Shown in pieces: positions 1-11,887 of a stretch of 64,000 nt of DNA (the stretch's first letter is position 1; the number at the start of each line of letters is the position of its first letter). This stretch comes from Macrostomum hystrix. Lineage: Eukaryota; Animalia; Platyhelminthes. The stretch covers positions 6,944,001 to 7,008,000 of the forward strand of contig CATNEN010000007.1 in the NCBI GenBank assembly GCA_950097015.1, in the 5' to 3' direction. The position numbers and the translations under genes were made by a program. The notes under the pieces were generated by a model. The model was given only the letters and a program-made list of their open reading frames with translations. It was not told where the DNA came from and ran no database searches.

Positions 1-580
1 GTGTGCGTGTGCGTGTGTGAGTGTGAGTGTGTGTGAGTGTGTGTGAGTGTGTGTGAGTGTGCGTGTGCGTGTGTGAGTGTGCGTGTGTGAGTGTGAGTGT
101 TTGTGAGTGTGTGAGTGTGTGTGAGTGTGTGAGTGTGTGAGTGTGTGAGTGTGTGTGAGTGTGTGTGAGTGTGTGAGTGTGTGAGTGTGTGAGTGTGTGA
201 GTGTGTGAGTGTGTGAGTGTGTGAGTGTGTGAGTGTGTGTGTGAGTGTGTGTGAGTGTGTGAGTGTGTGTGAGTATGTGTGAGTGTGTGAGTGTGTGAGT
301 GTGTGTGAGTGTGTGAGTGTGTGAGTGTGTGAGTGTGTGAGTGTGTGAGTGTGTGAGTGTGTGAGTGTGTGTGAGTGTGAATGTGTGTGTGTGTGTTTGT
401 GAGTGTGTGTGTATGGGTGTGTGTGGGTGTGTGAGTGTGTGAGTGTGTGAGTGTGTGAGTGTGTGAGTGTGTGAGTGTGTGAGTGTGTGTGAGTGTGAAT
501 GTGTGTGTGTGTTTGTGAGTGTGTGTGTATGGGTGTGTGTAGGTGTGTGCGCGTGTGAGTGTGAGTGAGTGTGTGAGTGG
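1..580. repeat. (GT)n/(GTGTGTGA)n microsatellite, truncated by the window edge
   Basis: Direct reading of the sequence. Confidence 0.97.
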
Positions 581-1312
581 GCTGTATTGCTGATGTTAAC
601 GGAATTCCTGTAAAAATGTCGGATCCAAGAGGCGAGCTCCATTTTGGGGGCACAGAAATCCCACGAAAATGATTGACCCATGGCATCAAAAAAGTAGGGG
701 TGCGCGCAAACTACTGCAGTAAGTAGGCACAGAAAAAGTTCAGCTATGCAGAAAAAGTCACCCGCATAGAGACTAGCGGGTGGGTGCTGGTTAGTCGTCC
801 ATTTAATTGTTCCTTCCTGGGGGATGGGGCACAAATGCAGCGCTGGTCGCCGCTACGTCAATCAGCCGAGGGTCCTGTATGGGCGTCTGTCCCGTATCCC
901 ACTCAAAATCCCCTTGATAGGAAATTCTTCTAACAAAAAATGCAGAGAATTTTTAGCTAGGAAAAAATAAATAAATATAAAATTACAGCTGGATGAGAAG
1001 CTGGTGCAATCGGAGCTACTGAAGGCTCCAGCAGTAGTGCAGAGTGTATATTTCGGAATTTCATAATTTTTAAAATAAAAAGCTCGCATCTTCAGCTTAA
1101 ATATTCTGTAGGAAACTCTTGAAAAATATTGCTACATCTGGGCAAGTCAATGTCGCTACGGGCGCTCAAATCGCGAGGATAATAGGGAGAATAAAAACTG
1201 AAATTCTGGATTGAAATTACAGAAACCCTGAAATAAGATGGCGGGAAAATGCCACATCGTTAATAAAAAACTCTAGTCAGCGTCGTTGAGCTCAGTTCGG
1301 AGCCAGCGAACC

Positions 1313-2269
1313 TCAGACCTCCTGCCTTTCTGCCCCAGATCGCTTCTCGCCGCCGTCCTCGGCCCCGTCCTCCTGGAACTGGAAGTCCCGGCTCCACCAG
1401 CTGCTCCACCAGTTGAACTTCTTGATTGGATTAAAGTCCTTCTTGTCGCGCAGCAGGCCGTAGTTCAGGCACGGCTCGCCCTGCTTGATCACGAAGTAGT
1501 CGTTGAGGTACTGCGCGTACTGCAGCCGACGCGCCAGGTCCAGCTGAGTCTCCTCAGAGATCTGCGACCGCTCCGGGGCCAGCGACTGCGAGCGCTGCGT
1601 CTTGCGCCGCTGCGACGAGGAAGCGGCCGCGGCCGCGGCGGCTGCAGCTTCCGCACCCGGCTTAGCGGCATGCGCCATCTCGCGCGACGTGGCCGGCCGC
1701 TGCTTCAGGCTGACGCTGGGCCGCTTCAGGCCTACCGGGAAGTCCGGCGACACGTGGAGCACATTGGCGAACTCCGGGTTGGTCGCCAGAATCTTGGAGC
1801 GCAGGCGGCTCTCGTAGGATTTCATCATGGCGAACTGCGCCTCCAACGACATGGAGCTGGAGAAGCGCGGCCGGCTGGGCTGCGGCACCTCCTCCAGGTA
1901 ATTGTCCAGCTTCGGCGATGAAGGTCGAGCGGAGCTGGGGCCGCCGCTGCCGCCTCCTCCGCCGCTGCCACCTCCGGCGCGGCGCTGCCGCGGCAGCAGC
2001 AGCTGCGTCGACATCCGGACAGAGCTCTTACGGCCGCCGCTGCCGGTGTCAGCCTGCTGTGCGAGGGACTGCCGGGGCCGCTCCTGCTGTGGCGGCAGCG
2101 CGTGCTGCTGGCTGGCCGTCCTCTGCGACCGGTCCGAAAACAGCAGGCCGCCTGCCGCCGCTTCTTCGAGCGCCGAGACCACCGGAGTTGCTTCGGGATC
2201 GGCCTCAATATCCTCGTCAGTGGCGGCTTCAGCGGCTGCCTCCGCGTCGGCATCTTCAGCGATGATCGT
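1313..2269 (-). CDS. Terminal coding exon of an uncharacterised protein; probable upstream exons at 2359-2492 and 4141-4204
   Basis: ORF 1313..2287 has GC3-rich codons. Acceptor ttccgcag| lies at 2270 and TGA at 1313-1315. GTGAG donors at 2358 and 4140 end open phase-0 exons. The C-terminal block is non-repetitive (LARRLQYAQYLNDYF...FNPIKKFNWWSSWWSRDF). Upstream exon structure is uncertain. Confidence 0.7.
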   Translation of the reverse strand, partial: TIIAEDADAEAAAEAATDEDIEADPEATPVVSALEEAAAGGLLFSDRSQRTASQQHALPPQQERPRQSLAQQADTGSGGRKSSVRMSTQLLLPRQRRAGGGSGGGGGSGGPSSARPSSPKLDNYLEEVPQPSRPRFSSSMSLEAQFAMMKSYESRLRSKILATNPEFANVLHVSPDFPVGLKRPSVSLKQRPATSREMAHAAKPGAEAAAAAAAAASSSQRRKTQRSQSLAPERSQISEETQLDLARRLQYAQYLNDYFVIKQGEPCLNYGLLRDKKDFNPIKKFNWWSSWWSRDFQFQEDGAEDGGEKRSGAERQEV

Positions 2270-3074
2270 CTGCGGAATTGAACACAAAACTTAAGTCCTC
2301 TGCCTTAAATTATCCACTGTGTCTAACATTGTCAACTTTCGTTACTGTATCTACTCACAATTTGCTCATCGGCAGCAGCCATGGCTGGCGGGTCGCTAAG
2401 ATTCGGGAGTTGTTCAACAACAAACTTCTCTCCTGTGCTGCAGCGGCAGGTGTTGATAATGAAGCATGAGGCGCTTCCACCCCGGCCACCTCCTATTTAA
2501 CCCTAAGCAAACAGACTGCTCAAACTCGCAGCTCCGCAACGGCCTCCGCTGGGGCTCCACATGGGGTCGGCACCGGTCCTTCTTATTCTTGAGTGAATCA
2601 AGAATAGAAAAAGCACTGCGCAGGCCCTCCCCGCAATGCGATTCATTTGGCAGCCGAGAATGAAAGACAAAGAGCAATTATGTGCCTGCCCGTTGCATTG
2701 AAGCGGCCCCACTCGGAGTCTGGCAAGGTGGTGGAGCCCGGGGGTACTAAATCACCTGCAGGGACCGTTGAGCACAGCTTAGCTGAGCACAGATTATTTT
2801 ATTAGCAACAAAAAAGGACAAAATTGTTTTTTAAAGGCTGCCATTGTTCGGCAAATGGCAAATGAATAGGGCCGCTTGCAAGTAAAAGTAGCAATGTCCG
2901 AGCCTGTGGCATCGCTGCCACCAGTCAGCTTTCATTATCCAGTGCGCTGGCTTTGTTTCATGCAGGGTCAAATTCAATTGAAGGTGGAGAAATGCAGTGC
3001 TGTTAGAAAATAACAGAACAACTCAGATTGAAGCACTGGCCTTCATCTGATATGCGACTGCAGTGTAGCTGTGA

Positions 3075-4103
3075 TGCGGGTGTGGATAGAGACATGTGGG
3101 TGCGGATAGAGACATGGGGGTGTGGTTAGAGACATGTGGGTGTGGATAGAGACATGTGGGTGTGGTTAGAGACATGTGGGTGTGGATAGAGACATGTGGG
3201 TGTGGATAGAGACATGTGGGTGTGGATAGAGACATGTGTGTGGATGTGGATATGGATATAGTTGTGGATGTGGATGTGGGTGTTGGTGTGGATGTGGGTG
3301 TTGGTGTGGATGTGGGTGTTGGTGTGGATGTGGGTGTTGGTGTGGATGTGGGTGTTGTTGTGGATGTGTGTGTTGGTGTGGATGTGGGTGTTGGTGTGGA
3401 TGTGTGTGTTGGTGTGGATGTGGGTGTTGGTGTGGATGTGGGTGTTGGTGTGGATGTGGATGTTGATGTGGATGTGGGTTTTGGTGTGGATGTGGGTGTT
3501 GGTGTGGATGTGGGTGTTGTTGTGGATGTGTGTGTTGGTGTGGATGTGGGTGTTGGTGTGGATGTGTGTGTTGGTGTGGATGTGGGTGTTGGTGTGGATG
3601 TGGGTGTTGGTGTGGATGTGGGTGTTGGTGTGGATGTGGGTGTTGGTGTGGATGTGGATGTTGATGTGGATGTGGGTTTTGGTGTGGATGTGGGTGTTGG
3701 TGTAGATGTGGATGTTGATGTGGATGTGGGTTTTGGTGTGGATGTGGGTGTTGTTGTGGATGTGGGTGTTGGTGTGGATGTGGGTGTTGGTGTGGATGTG
3801 GGTTTTGGTGTGGATGTGGGTGTTGGTGTGGATGTGGGTGTTGGTGTGGATGTGGGTGTTGGTGTGGATGTGGATGTTGATGTGGATGTGGGTTTTGGTG
3901 TGGATGTGGGTGTTGGTGTGGATGTGGGTGTTGTTGTGGATGTGTGTGTTGGTGTGGATGTGGGTGTTGGTGTGGATGTGTGTGTTGGTGTGGATGTGGG
4001 TGTTGGTGTGGATGTGGGTGTTGGTGTGGATGTGGGTGTTTGTGTGGATGTGGGTTTTGGTGTGGATGTGGGTGTTGGTGTGAATGTGGGTGTTGGTGTG
4101 GAG
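3075..4103. repeat. GT-rich minisatellite: a 20-bp unit (gtgggtgtggatagagacat) grading into an 18-bp unit (gtggatgtgggtgttggt)
   Basis: Direct reading; explains the VDVGVG/CGCW ORFs. Confidence 0.95.
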
Positions 4104-4599
4104 TAAAGGTGACTGCAGGTAATTATATCAGTGCACTCACCTTGTTCGAGTATCTATTTGCAGGCATCTCTGCCCAGTGGGACCTCAATGGGCTCAGGCA
4201 GTCTCTGCAGATATCATGAAAAATATCAATAAGCCTGACTACTCATCCCCTTTTATCCCAATATTCTGGGGATGGGGAGCGAGCACTGAGCTGTCCAGTC
4301 TCACAGGAAGTTGGGGCTGCGCATTCACAATGAGACTCCATATTGTGAGCTGAGCAACAGGACTCAGATGGGAATTTCCTGGAGCTAACTGGTCCACATA
4401 GCACAGTTATCAATTATTACGCACCAAATAAAATTGAGCCATTGAAATAGGCGAACGCGAGAGCCTTTTAGGACAGACATTTAATTCTGCAAATAGTTTT
4501 CACTCCTGACTCCTTTGACTCACTCGTGAAGGAAATTAAAAATGTAGACAGCGAAATATATTGAAAAATACAGCACCATCGTATACACCAGCTGCTCAC

Positions 4600-4862
4600 T
4601 GACTCTCTCCCTCTCTCACAACCTCTCATTCACTCTCACCCTTTCTCTCCACTTCTCATTCACTCTCACCTTTCTCTTCCTCTCTCATTCACTCTCACCC
4701 TTTCTCTTCCTCTCTCATTCACTCTCACCCTTTCTCTTCCTCTCTCATTCACTCTCACCCTTTCTCTTCCTCTCTCATTCACTCTCACCCTTTCTCTTCC
4801 TCTCTCATTCACTCTCACCCTTTCTCTCCACCTCTCATTCACTCTCACCCTTTCTCTCCCCT
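4600..4862. repeat. 30-bp pyrimidine-rich minisatellite (ctctcattcactctcaccctttctcttcct)
   Basis: About 8 tandem units. Confidence 0.93.
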
Positions 4863-5273
4863 TTGATTTTGACTTTGTCATTCTCATTTTTCAGTTATTC
4901 TACCTCATTTTTATATCCCTAGTTTTCCTAGTTTTCCTAGTTTTCCAAGTTTTCCAAGTTTTCCCACCATTTAGTTGGTCTTGTGTCGCCTCATATTTTG
5001 TATTCTCAGTCCGTACAAACTTCTATGAAACATCATACCTCAGTAGTACCTCATTTCAGTAATATTTACACTTTCTAAAGTGTTTTTTTGCTTCGACTGC
5101 GACTTTAACAAGCGCGAAAAATTACTGCAGCCTTTTTCGCAACTACTGTAAGTAGGAAACTACGAGTGTAGAAGTTTTTATATAGAAATTTAAATGCTTG
5201 CCGTCGCTTTGTCTCTGATGGCTTTGAGGCTTTCTAACCGTAGCAATTCCCAGTGATTTCTTCCTCTACTTTT

Positions 5274-6328
5274 TTGTCCCACTGACCATCTGTCTCACTG
5301 CTCATTTATCCCACTGACCACCTGTCTCATTGCTCATTTATCCCACTGACCATCTGTCTCACTGCTCATTTGTCCCACTGACCATCTGTCTCACTGCTCA
5401 TTTATCCCACTGACCACCTGTCTCACTGCTCATTTGTCCCACTGACCACCTGTCTCACTGCTCATTTGTCCCACTGACCACCTGTCTCACTGCTCATTTA
5501 TCCCACTGACCACCTGTCTCACTGCTCATTTGTCCCACTGACCATCTGTCTCACTGCTCATTTCTCCCACTGACCATCTGTCTCACTGCTCATTTATCCC
5601 ACTGACCACCTGTCAGACTGCTCATTTATCCCACTGACCATCTGTCTCACTGCTCATTTGTCCCACTGACCACCTGTCAGACTGCTCATTTATCCCACTG
5701 ACCACCTGTCAGACTGCTCATTTATCCCACTGACCACCTGTCAGACTGCTCATTTATCCCACTGACCACCTGTCAGACTGCTCATTTATCCCACTGACCA
5801 CCTGTCTCACTGCTCATTTGTCCCACTGACCACCTGTCTCACTGCTCATTTGTCCCACTGACCACCTGTCTCACTGCTCATTTGTCCCACTGACCACCTG
5901 TCTCACTGCTCATTTGTCCCACTGACCATCTGTCTCACTGCTCATTTGTCCCACTGACCATCTGTCTCACTGCTCATTTATCCCACTGACCACCTGTCAG
6001 ACTGCTCATTTATCCCACTGACCATCTGTCTCACTGCTCATTTGTCCCACTGACCATCTGTCTCACTGCTCATTTGTCCCACTGACCACCTGTCTCACTG
6101 CTCATTTGTCCCACTGACCCTCTGTCTCACTGCTCATTTGTCCCACTGACCAATTAGCAGACTGCTCATTTATCCCACTGACCAATTAGCAGACTGCTCA
6201 TTTATCCCACTGACCAATTAGCAGGCTGCTCATTTATCCCACTGACAATTAGCAGACTGCTCATTTATCCCACTGACAATTAGCAGACTGCTCATTTATC
6301 CCACTGACCATCTGTCCCACAGCTCATT
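5274..6328. repeat. 33-bp minisatellite (tcccactgaccatctgtctcactgctcattt(a/g))
   Basis: About 31 tandem units, with variants clustered at the 3' end. Confidence 0.95.
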
Positions 6329-6816
6329 GGCTACCGCTCGTTTGTCCACTGCTCATTATCTTCTTATCTCATTCCCCTCTGCCCCTACCCGCTGGCCTAA
6401 GAAATTCTCAGCAGAAACAAAATGAGTCGAATAAAAGTGCAACCGGACAGACTTGGACGGGGCAGGCTAATTAACCATCCAGTCTCATTGCTGGCGTCAT
6501 TCAGCCCGCTATTTTTAGCAGGCCAGTCTAAAGCTTGAGATGCCAGTCCTAACCCAGCCTTTGTTTTCTGCTGCCTGGAAATGCTGGAATCGGACAATGG
6601 GTCAAAGAGAAGGGCGATAAAGCGTGAGCTAAAGCGTGCTCAAGATGGCGAATGAGTCTAAGAAGGAAAGAAAGAACAGACAGAAGAGAAATGGCATTGC
6701 ACTCTAGCCGACCCGAAAAACCGCCTGACAAACAGCGGCTATTTATCTGCTGGTCGCTATGAGCTGGACAGAGCAACAAGCGGAGGCGACTAGGCTGGCT
6801 GAAAATCGCACTGAAA

Positions 6817-9800
6817 ATGCTCCATTTTTCGGATGCAAAGTTCGCCCTGCTGCTACTGGCTGCGGCGGCGGCCTTTTGCGGTGAGTTGCCTAAGACTCGC
6901 CGTGCTCCGAGATCAGGAGTGCAGGAGAGTAGAGGAGAGTGCAGGAGAGTGCAGGAGAGTGCAGGAGAGTAGAGGAGAGTGCAGGAGAGTGCAGGAGAGT
7001 AGAGGAGAGTGCAGGAGAGTGCAGGAGAGTAGAGGAGAGTGCAGGAGAGTGCAGGAGAGTAGAGGAGAGTGCAGGAGAGTGCAGGAGAGTAGAGGAGAGT
7101 GCAGGAGAGTGCAGGAGAGTGCAGGAGAGTGCAGGAGAGTGCAGGAGAGTGCAGTAGAGTAGAGGAGAGTGCAGGAGAGTGCAGGAGAGTAGATGAGAGT
7201 GCAGGAGAGTGCAGGAGAGTAGATGAGAGTGCAGGAGAGTGCAGGAGAGTAGAGGAGAGTGCAGGAGAGTGCAGGAGAGTAGAGGAGAGTGCAGGAGAGT
7301 GCAGGAGAGTAGAGGAGAGTGCAGGAGAGTGCAGGAGAGTGCAGGAGAGTGGAGGAGAGTGCAGGAGAGTGCAGGAGAGTGCAGGAGAGTGGAGGAGAGT
7401 GCAGGAGAGTGCAGGAGAGAGCAGGAGAGTAGAGAAGAGTGCAGGAAAGTGGAGAAGAGTGCAGGAGAGTGGAGAAGAGTGCAGGAGAGTGCAGGAGAGT
7501 GCAGTAGAGTAGAGGAGAGAGCAGGAGAGTGGAGAAGAGTGGAGGATAGTGCAGGAGAGTGGAGAAGAGAGCAGGAGAGTAGAGAAGAGTGCAGGAAAGT
7601 GGAGAAGAGTGCAGGAGAGTGGAGAAGAGTGTAGGAGAGTGGAGAAGAGTGCAGGAGAGTGGAGAAGAGTGCAGGAGAGTGGAGAAGAGTGCAGGAGAGT
7701 GGAGAAGAGTGCAGGAGAGTGGAGAAGAGTGCAGGAGAGTGGAGGAGAGTGCAGGAGAGTGCAGGAGAGTGCAGGAGAGTGGAGAAGAGTGCAGGAGAGT
7801 GGAGAAGAGTGCAGGAGAGTGGAGGAGAGTGCAGGAGAGTGCAGGAGAGTGCAGGAGAGTGGAGGAGAGTGCAGGAGAGTGCAGGAGAGAGCAGGAGAGT
7901 AGAGAAGAGTGCAGGAAAGTGGAGAAGAGTGCAGGAGAGTGGAGAAGAGTGCAGGAGAGTGCAGGAGAGTGGAGAAGAGTGCAGGAGAGTGCAGGAAAGT
8001 GCAGTAGAGTAGAGGAGAGAGCAGGAGAGTGGAGAAGAGTGGAGGATAGTGCAGGAGAGTGGAGAAGAGAGCAGGAGAGTAGAGAAGAGTGCAGGAAAGT
8101 GGAGAAGAGTGCAGGAGAGTGGAGAAGAGTGTAGGAGAGTGGAGAAGAGTGCAGGAGAGTGGAGAAGAGTGCAGGAGAGTGGAGAAGAGTGCAGGAGAGT
8201 GGAGAAGAGTGCAGGAGAGTGGAGAAGAGTGCAGGAGAGTGGAGGAGAGTGCAGGAGAGTGCAGGAGAGTGCAGGAGAGTGGAGGAGAGTGCAGGAGAGT
8301 GCAGGAGAGAGCAGGAGAGTAGAGAAGAGTGCAGGAAAGTGGAGAAGAGTGCAGGAGAGTGGAGAAGAGTGCAGGAGAGTGCAGGAGAGTGCAGTAGAGT
8401 AGAGGAGAGAGCAGGAGAGTGGAGAAGAGTGGAGGATAGTGCAGGAGAGTGGAGAAGAGAGCAGGAGAGTAGAGAAGAGTGCAGGAAAGTGGAGAAGAGT
8501 GCAGGAGAGTGGAGAAGAGTGTAGGAGAGTGGAGAAGAGTGCAGGAGAGTGCAGGAGAGTGGAGGAGAGTGCAGGAGAGTGCAGGAGAGAGCAGGAGAGT
8601 AGAGAAGAGTGCAGGAAAGTGGAGAAGAGTGCAGGAGAGTGGAGAAGAGTGCAGGAGAGTGCAGGAGAGTGCAGTAGAGTAGAGGAGAGAGCAGGAGAGT
8701 GGAGAAGAGTGGAGGATAGTGCAGGAGAGTGGAGAAGAGAGCAGGAGAGTAGAGAAGAGTGCAGGAAAGTGGAGAAGAGTGCAGGAGAGTGGAGAAGAGT
8801 GTAGGAGAGTGGAGAAGAGTGCAGGAGAGTGGAGAAGAGTGCAGGAGAGTGGAGAAGAGTGCAGGAGAGTGGAGAAGAGTGCAGGAGAGTGGAGAAGAGT
8901 GCAGGAGAGTGGAGAAGAGTGCAGGAAAGTGGAGAAGAGTGCAGGAGAGTGGAGAAGAGTGCAGGAGAGTGGAGAAGAGTGCAGGAGAGTGGAGAAGAGT
9001 GCAGGAGAGTGGAGAAGAGTGCAGGAGAGTGGAGAAGAGTGCAGGAAAGTGTGTTTCGCATTTAAGTTCAAAATCCGCTTCTCATTCCCAGTGGTGACAT
9101 GTGATGACTGCAGCACAAAGTGCAACAAGTTTGACAAGAAGTTCAAGATAATTCCTGCGAACTTGACATGCAGCAAGCCGACTCCCTTCTGCTGCTACGT
9201 CAGAGGTCGAATGCCGAATGTCTTCTGCTGCGACAACTGCCGCATGAGCCTTGACTTATACGAATGCGACAACATTAGCTACTGGAAGTAGTAAGCGATG
9301 TGTTTTTTTAAGTGCAAGTTTCGTAGCTTGGTAGTCTGTACCGCTTGTAAATTTCATGCACTTTCTATACGATTTAGACGGCTAATTAGATGGCTGAAAT
9401 ACCCAGATCAGTCTATGAGCAGATTGGTAGATTGGCAGATCAGTCTATGAGCAGGTTGGTAGATTGGCAGATCAGCCTATGAGCAGCTTAGTAGATTGGC
9501 AGATAAGTAAGTCTCTGAGCCATGAGCAGCTCATCACCTTCTCCTATCGTTTCCGCCGCAGCGTGGGCTACTCCATAGGCGGCCTGGTGCTTCTCTTCCT
9601 GCTGGCAGGCCTGATCTTCGGCCTGGTGAAGCTGGTGAAGTCCCTCTGCTGCAAGCACCGTTCAACAGTTGCCAGCTCCGCCGCGGTCGCTACCAGCTCC
9701 GCCGACTATCCCAGGAACATCGAATCGGTGCCCGAGTGGCAGCAGCCGCCTAAGAAGCCGCCGGAGTACTACGACATCTTCACCGTCAGCCCGCCGCCGA

Positions 9801-9829
9801 CCTACAAGGAGAGGCCGGATAGCGCCTAG
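6817..9829 (+). CDS. Single-pass type I membrane protein, Shisa/WBP1/VOPP1-like: signal peptide, Cys-rich ectodomain, TM, CC motif, two PPxY motifs; about 176 aa
   Basis: Exons 6817-6880 (MLHFSDAKFALLLLAAAAAFC), 9092-9290 and 9562-9829. GT-AG sites are phase-consistent (1, 2). TM is VGYSIGGLVLLFLLAGLIFGLV; the tail has PPEY and PPTY. Confidence 0.85.
6914..9051. repeat. 2.1-kb purine-rich 10-bp satellite (gcaggagagt/ggagaagagt) filling intron 1 of the PY-motif gene
   Basis: Exact 10-bp periodicity with higher-order variant blocks. Confidence 0.97.
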
Positions 9830-9834
9830 GGATG

Positions 9835-10270
9835 AGTGACGCTTCAGTGACGTTTTAATGACGCTTCAGTGACGCTTCAGGGACGCTTTAGTGTCGCTTC
9901 AGTGTCGCTTCAGTGACGCTTCAGTGACGCTTCAGTGACGCTTCACTGACGCTTCAGGGACGCTTTAGTGTCGCTTCAGTGTCGCTTCAGTGACGCTTAA
10001 GTGACGCTTCAGTGACGCTTAAGTGACGCTTCAGTGACGCTTCAGTGACGCTTCAGGGACGCTTTAGTGTCGCTTCAGTGTCGCTTCAGTGACGCTTCAG
10101 TGACGCTTTAGTTTCGCTTCAGTGTCGCTTCAGTGACGCTTAAGTGACGCTTAAGTGACGCTTCAGTGACGCTTCAGTGACGCTTCAGGGACGCTTCAGT
10201 GTCGCTTCAGTGTCGCTTCAGTGACGCTTCAGTGACGCTTCAGTGACGCTTCAGTGACGCTTCAGTGTCA
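9835..10270. repeat. 11-bp minisatellite (cagtgacgctt) starting just after the stop codon (3' UTR)
   Basis: About 39 units. Confidence 0.95.
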
Positions 10271-10776
10271 CTGGTTGTTTGGTTGGTTGTTTTAATTAAT
10301 ATAATTACTAAAAGCTTCAGAAGTGCTATTAGTATATTTCCCACACTATATTGTGCTTTAGAAAGCCAAAACTCTGCAAACCACTCGTAACTTCCAACAT
10401 GTATCTTTGTCATTCTGTTTAAAAAAATTCGTTTTTTACCATTTTTATCAGTCATCTATTTTCAGAATTAAGAATAAAAATATTTTTATAGTACCGGTAC
10501 TATAGTACTCTTTTCATTTTACTTAGGGCAATAAAGATTGAAAATTATTTTATTGCAACTTGAGAATATCTTGTGAAAAGTATGTTCATAAATAAAGTTA
10601 CGTTTTTTACATTTTTATATCCTGTCTGACAGACTTGTTCTTTCTAACAATCCGATTCACTGAGAAAGCATGCTTGTACTATTAAAGTAGCCACTTTAGT
10701 AAACACCTCCCTTCATTGTCAGCCACCCACATCATACTAAACTAACAGATTCTTTTCCATTCTCACCCATTCTATT

Positions 10777-11145
10777 GGGGGTCGGTGGCAGAGCGGTTAA
10801 CGCGTTTGTCTCTCGCACCAAGGTCCCTGAGTTCGATTCCACGGCGAGGCCACATTTATTTTGGGCGCAGCCGCGGAGAGAAGGCTTGGAGGCTTGTCGT
10901 GCAATTTACACCCTTGAGGGCCAACCTCCAAGGCACAGTAAACTGCCTGACGATGAGAAAGTCAGGGCAGATGTACACACCTGTGTGAGCGTGTGCCTGC
11001 GTACAGTATCTGTGTGTGCGTGTGTGCTCAGGAGTCAGCGAAATGGGCAGAATTGCCTCCTCGCTGGCTGCGGGTCTAGTGTCACCAAATGATGTGCCAT
11101 TGCCCGCAGCCCTCCTGCAATTATTATTATTATTATTATTATCAT
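10777..11145 (+). mobile_element. tRNA-derived SINE, family 1, full length with (ATT)n tail
   Basis: A-box TGGCAGAGCGG and B-box GTTCGATTCC. The body matches copies at 39469-39790, 29870-30133 (-) and 25000-25440. It has a 3' stem-loop ggctgcgggt/gcccgcagcc. Confidence 0.85.
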
Positions 11146-11540
11146 TATACCCATTCTATTCCATTCTTACTTATTCCATTCCATTCTTACTTATTCCATT
11201 CCATTCTCACCCATTCTATTCCATTCTTACTTATTCCATTCCATTCTCACCCATTCTATTCCATTCTTACTTATTCCATTCCATTCTCACCCATTCTATT
11301 CCATTCTCACCCATTCCATTCCATTCTCACCCATTCTATTCCATTGTCACCCATTCTATTCCATTGTCACCCATTCCATTCCATTCTCACCCATCCATTC
11401 CATTGTCACCCATTCCATTCCATTCTCACCCATTCCATTCCATTGTCACCCATTCTATTCCATTCTCACCCATTCCATCCCATTTTTCCTATTCCATTCT
11501 ATTTTTACCTAATCCAACCCATTCTCACCAATTCCATTCA
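11146..11540. repeat. (ATTCC)-based minisatellite of about 20 bp, continuing from the SINE tail
   Basis: Direct reading. Confidence 0.9.
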
Positions 11541-11887
11541 TTTTCGCCCACAAACACATTCCACGCTCAACTTAGGCGTACAAAAGTGAAAGAACAAGTA
11601 ATTATTAATATAAATATTAAATATTTGTAATTTTGTAAATAAAAAATTCATATTAGGTAATAATTAATTAAATAAAGCAGGTAATTTATTCTCCTCGACG
11701 ACATTTACCAATCTGAGAAAAGCCGAGTGAAAAAATGTATGTTATTAACAAAATCGTTTATGAGAAAATGTTTCGAAATATTGTCACAATCCTAAGAAAG
11801 AATGATGTTGTCACCCAGATTTTTAAAAAATAATATTCGAATCCATAATTAAGTATTGTGCAGGTTGTTTGTGAGGCCAACCGTCTT

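Noticed and set aside
1-580. Telomeric repeat
   Set aside because: It is not TTAGGG-like; it is an ordinary GT/GA microsatellite.
628-855. Possible small MITE (agaggcgag...gtcgccgct)
   Set aside because: The terminal match is too weak and I found no TSD.
1286-2294. Plus-strand ORFs opposite GC-rich exons (also 12818, 24534, 51112, 52823)
   Set aside because: They are antisense shadows caused by GC3 codon bias.
5274-6328. CRISPR-like regular 20-33-bp repeats (here and elsewhere)
   Set aside because: Units are head-to-tail with no unique spacers, there are no cas genes, and the context is eukaryotic.
6549-9176. 875-aa and 723-aa LLHSP ORFs, and similar repeat ORFs at 3216, 15088, 16631, 19207, 21862, 40335 and 42277
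   Set aside because: They are translations of minisatellites in introns or intergenic DNA.
10777-10852. tRNA genes at 10777, 12328 and 39469
   Set aside because: The cloverleaf is imperfect and is followed by a shared SINE body, so these are SINE heads.
10940-10975. Hammerhead-like CTGACGA..GAAA..GTC in SINE family 1
   Set aside because: There is no room for stems II/III; the segment folds as a simple hairpin.
11055-11068. GCCTCCTCGCTGGC, identical to the HDV ribozyme P3/L3
   Set aside because: No 7-bp P1, P1.1 GG or P2 closure can be drawn, the GGC pairs in the SINE 3' hairpin, and the motif is not kept in the 25380 copy.
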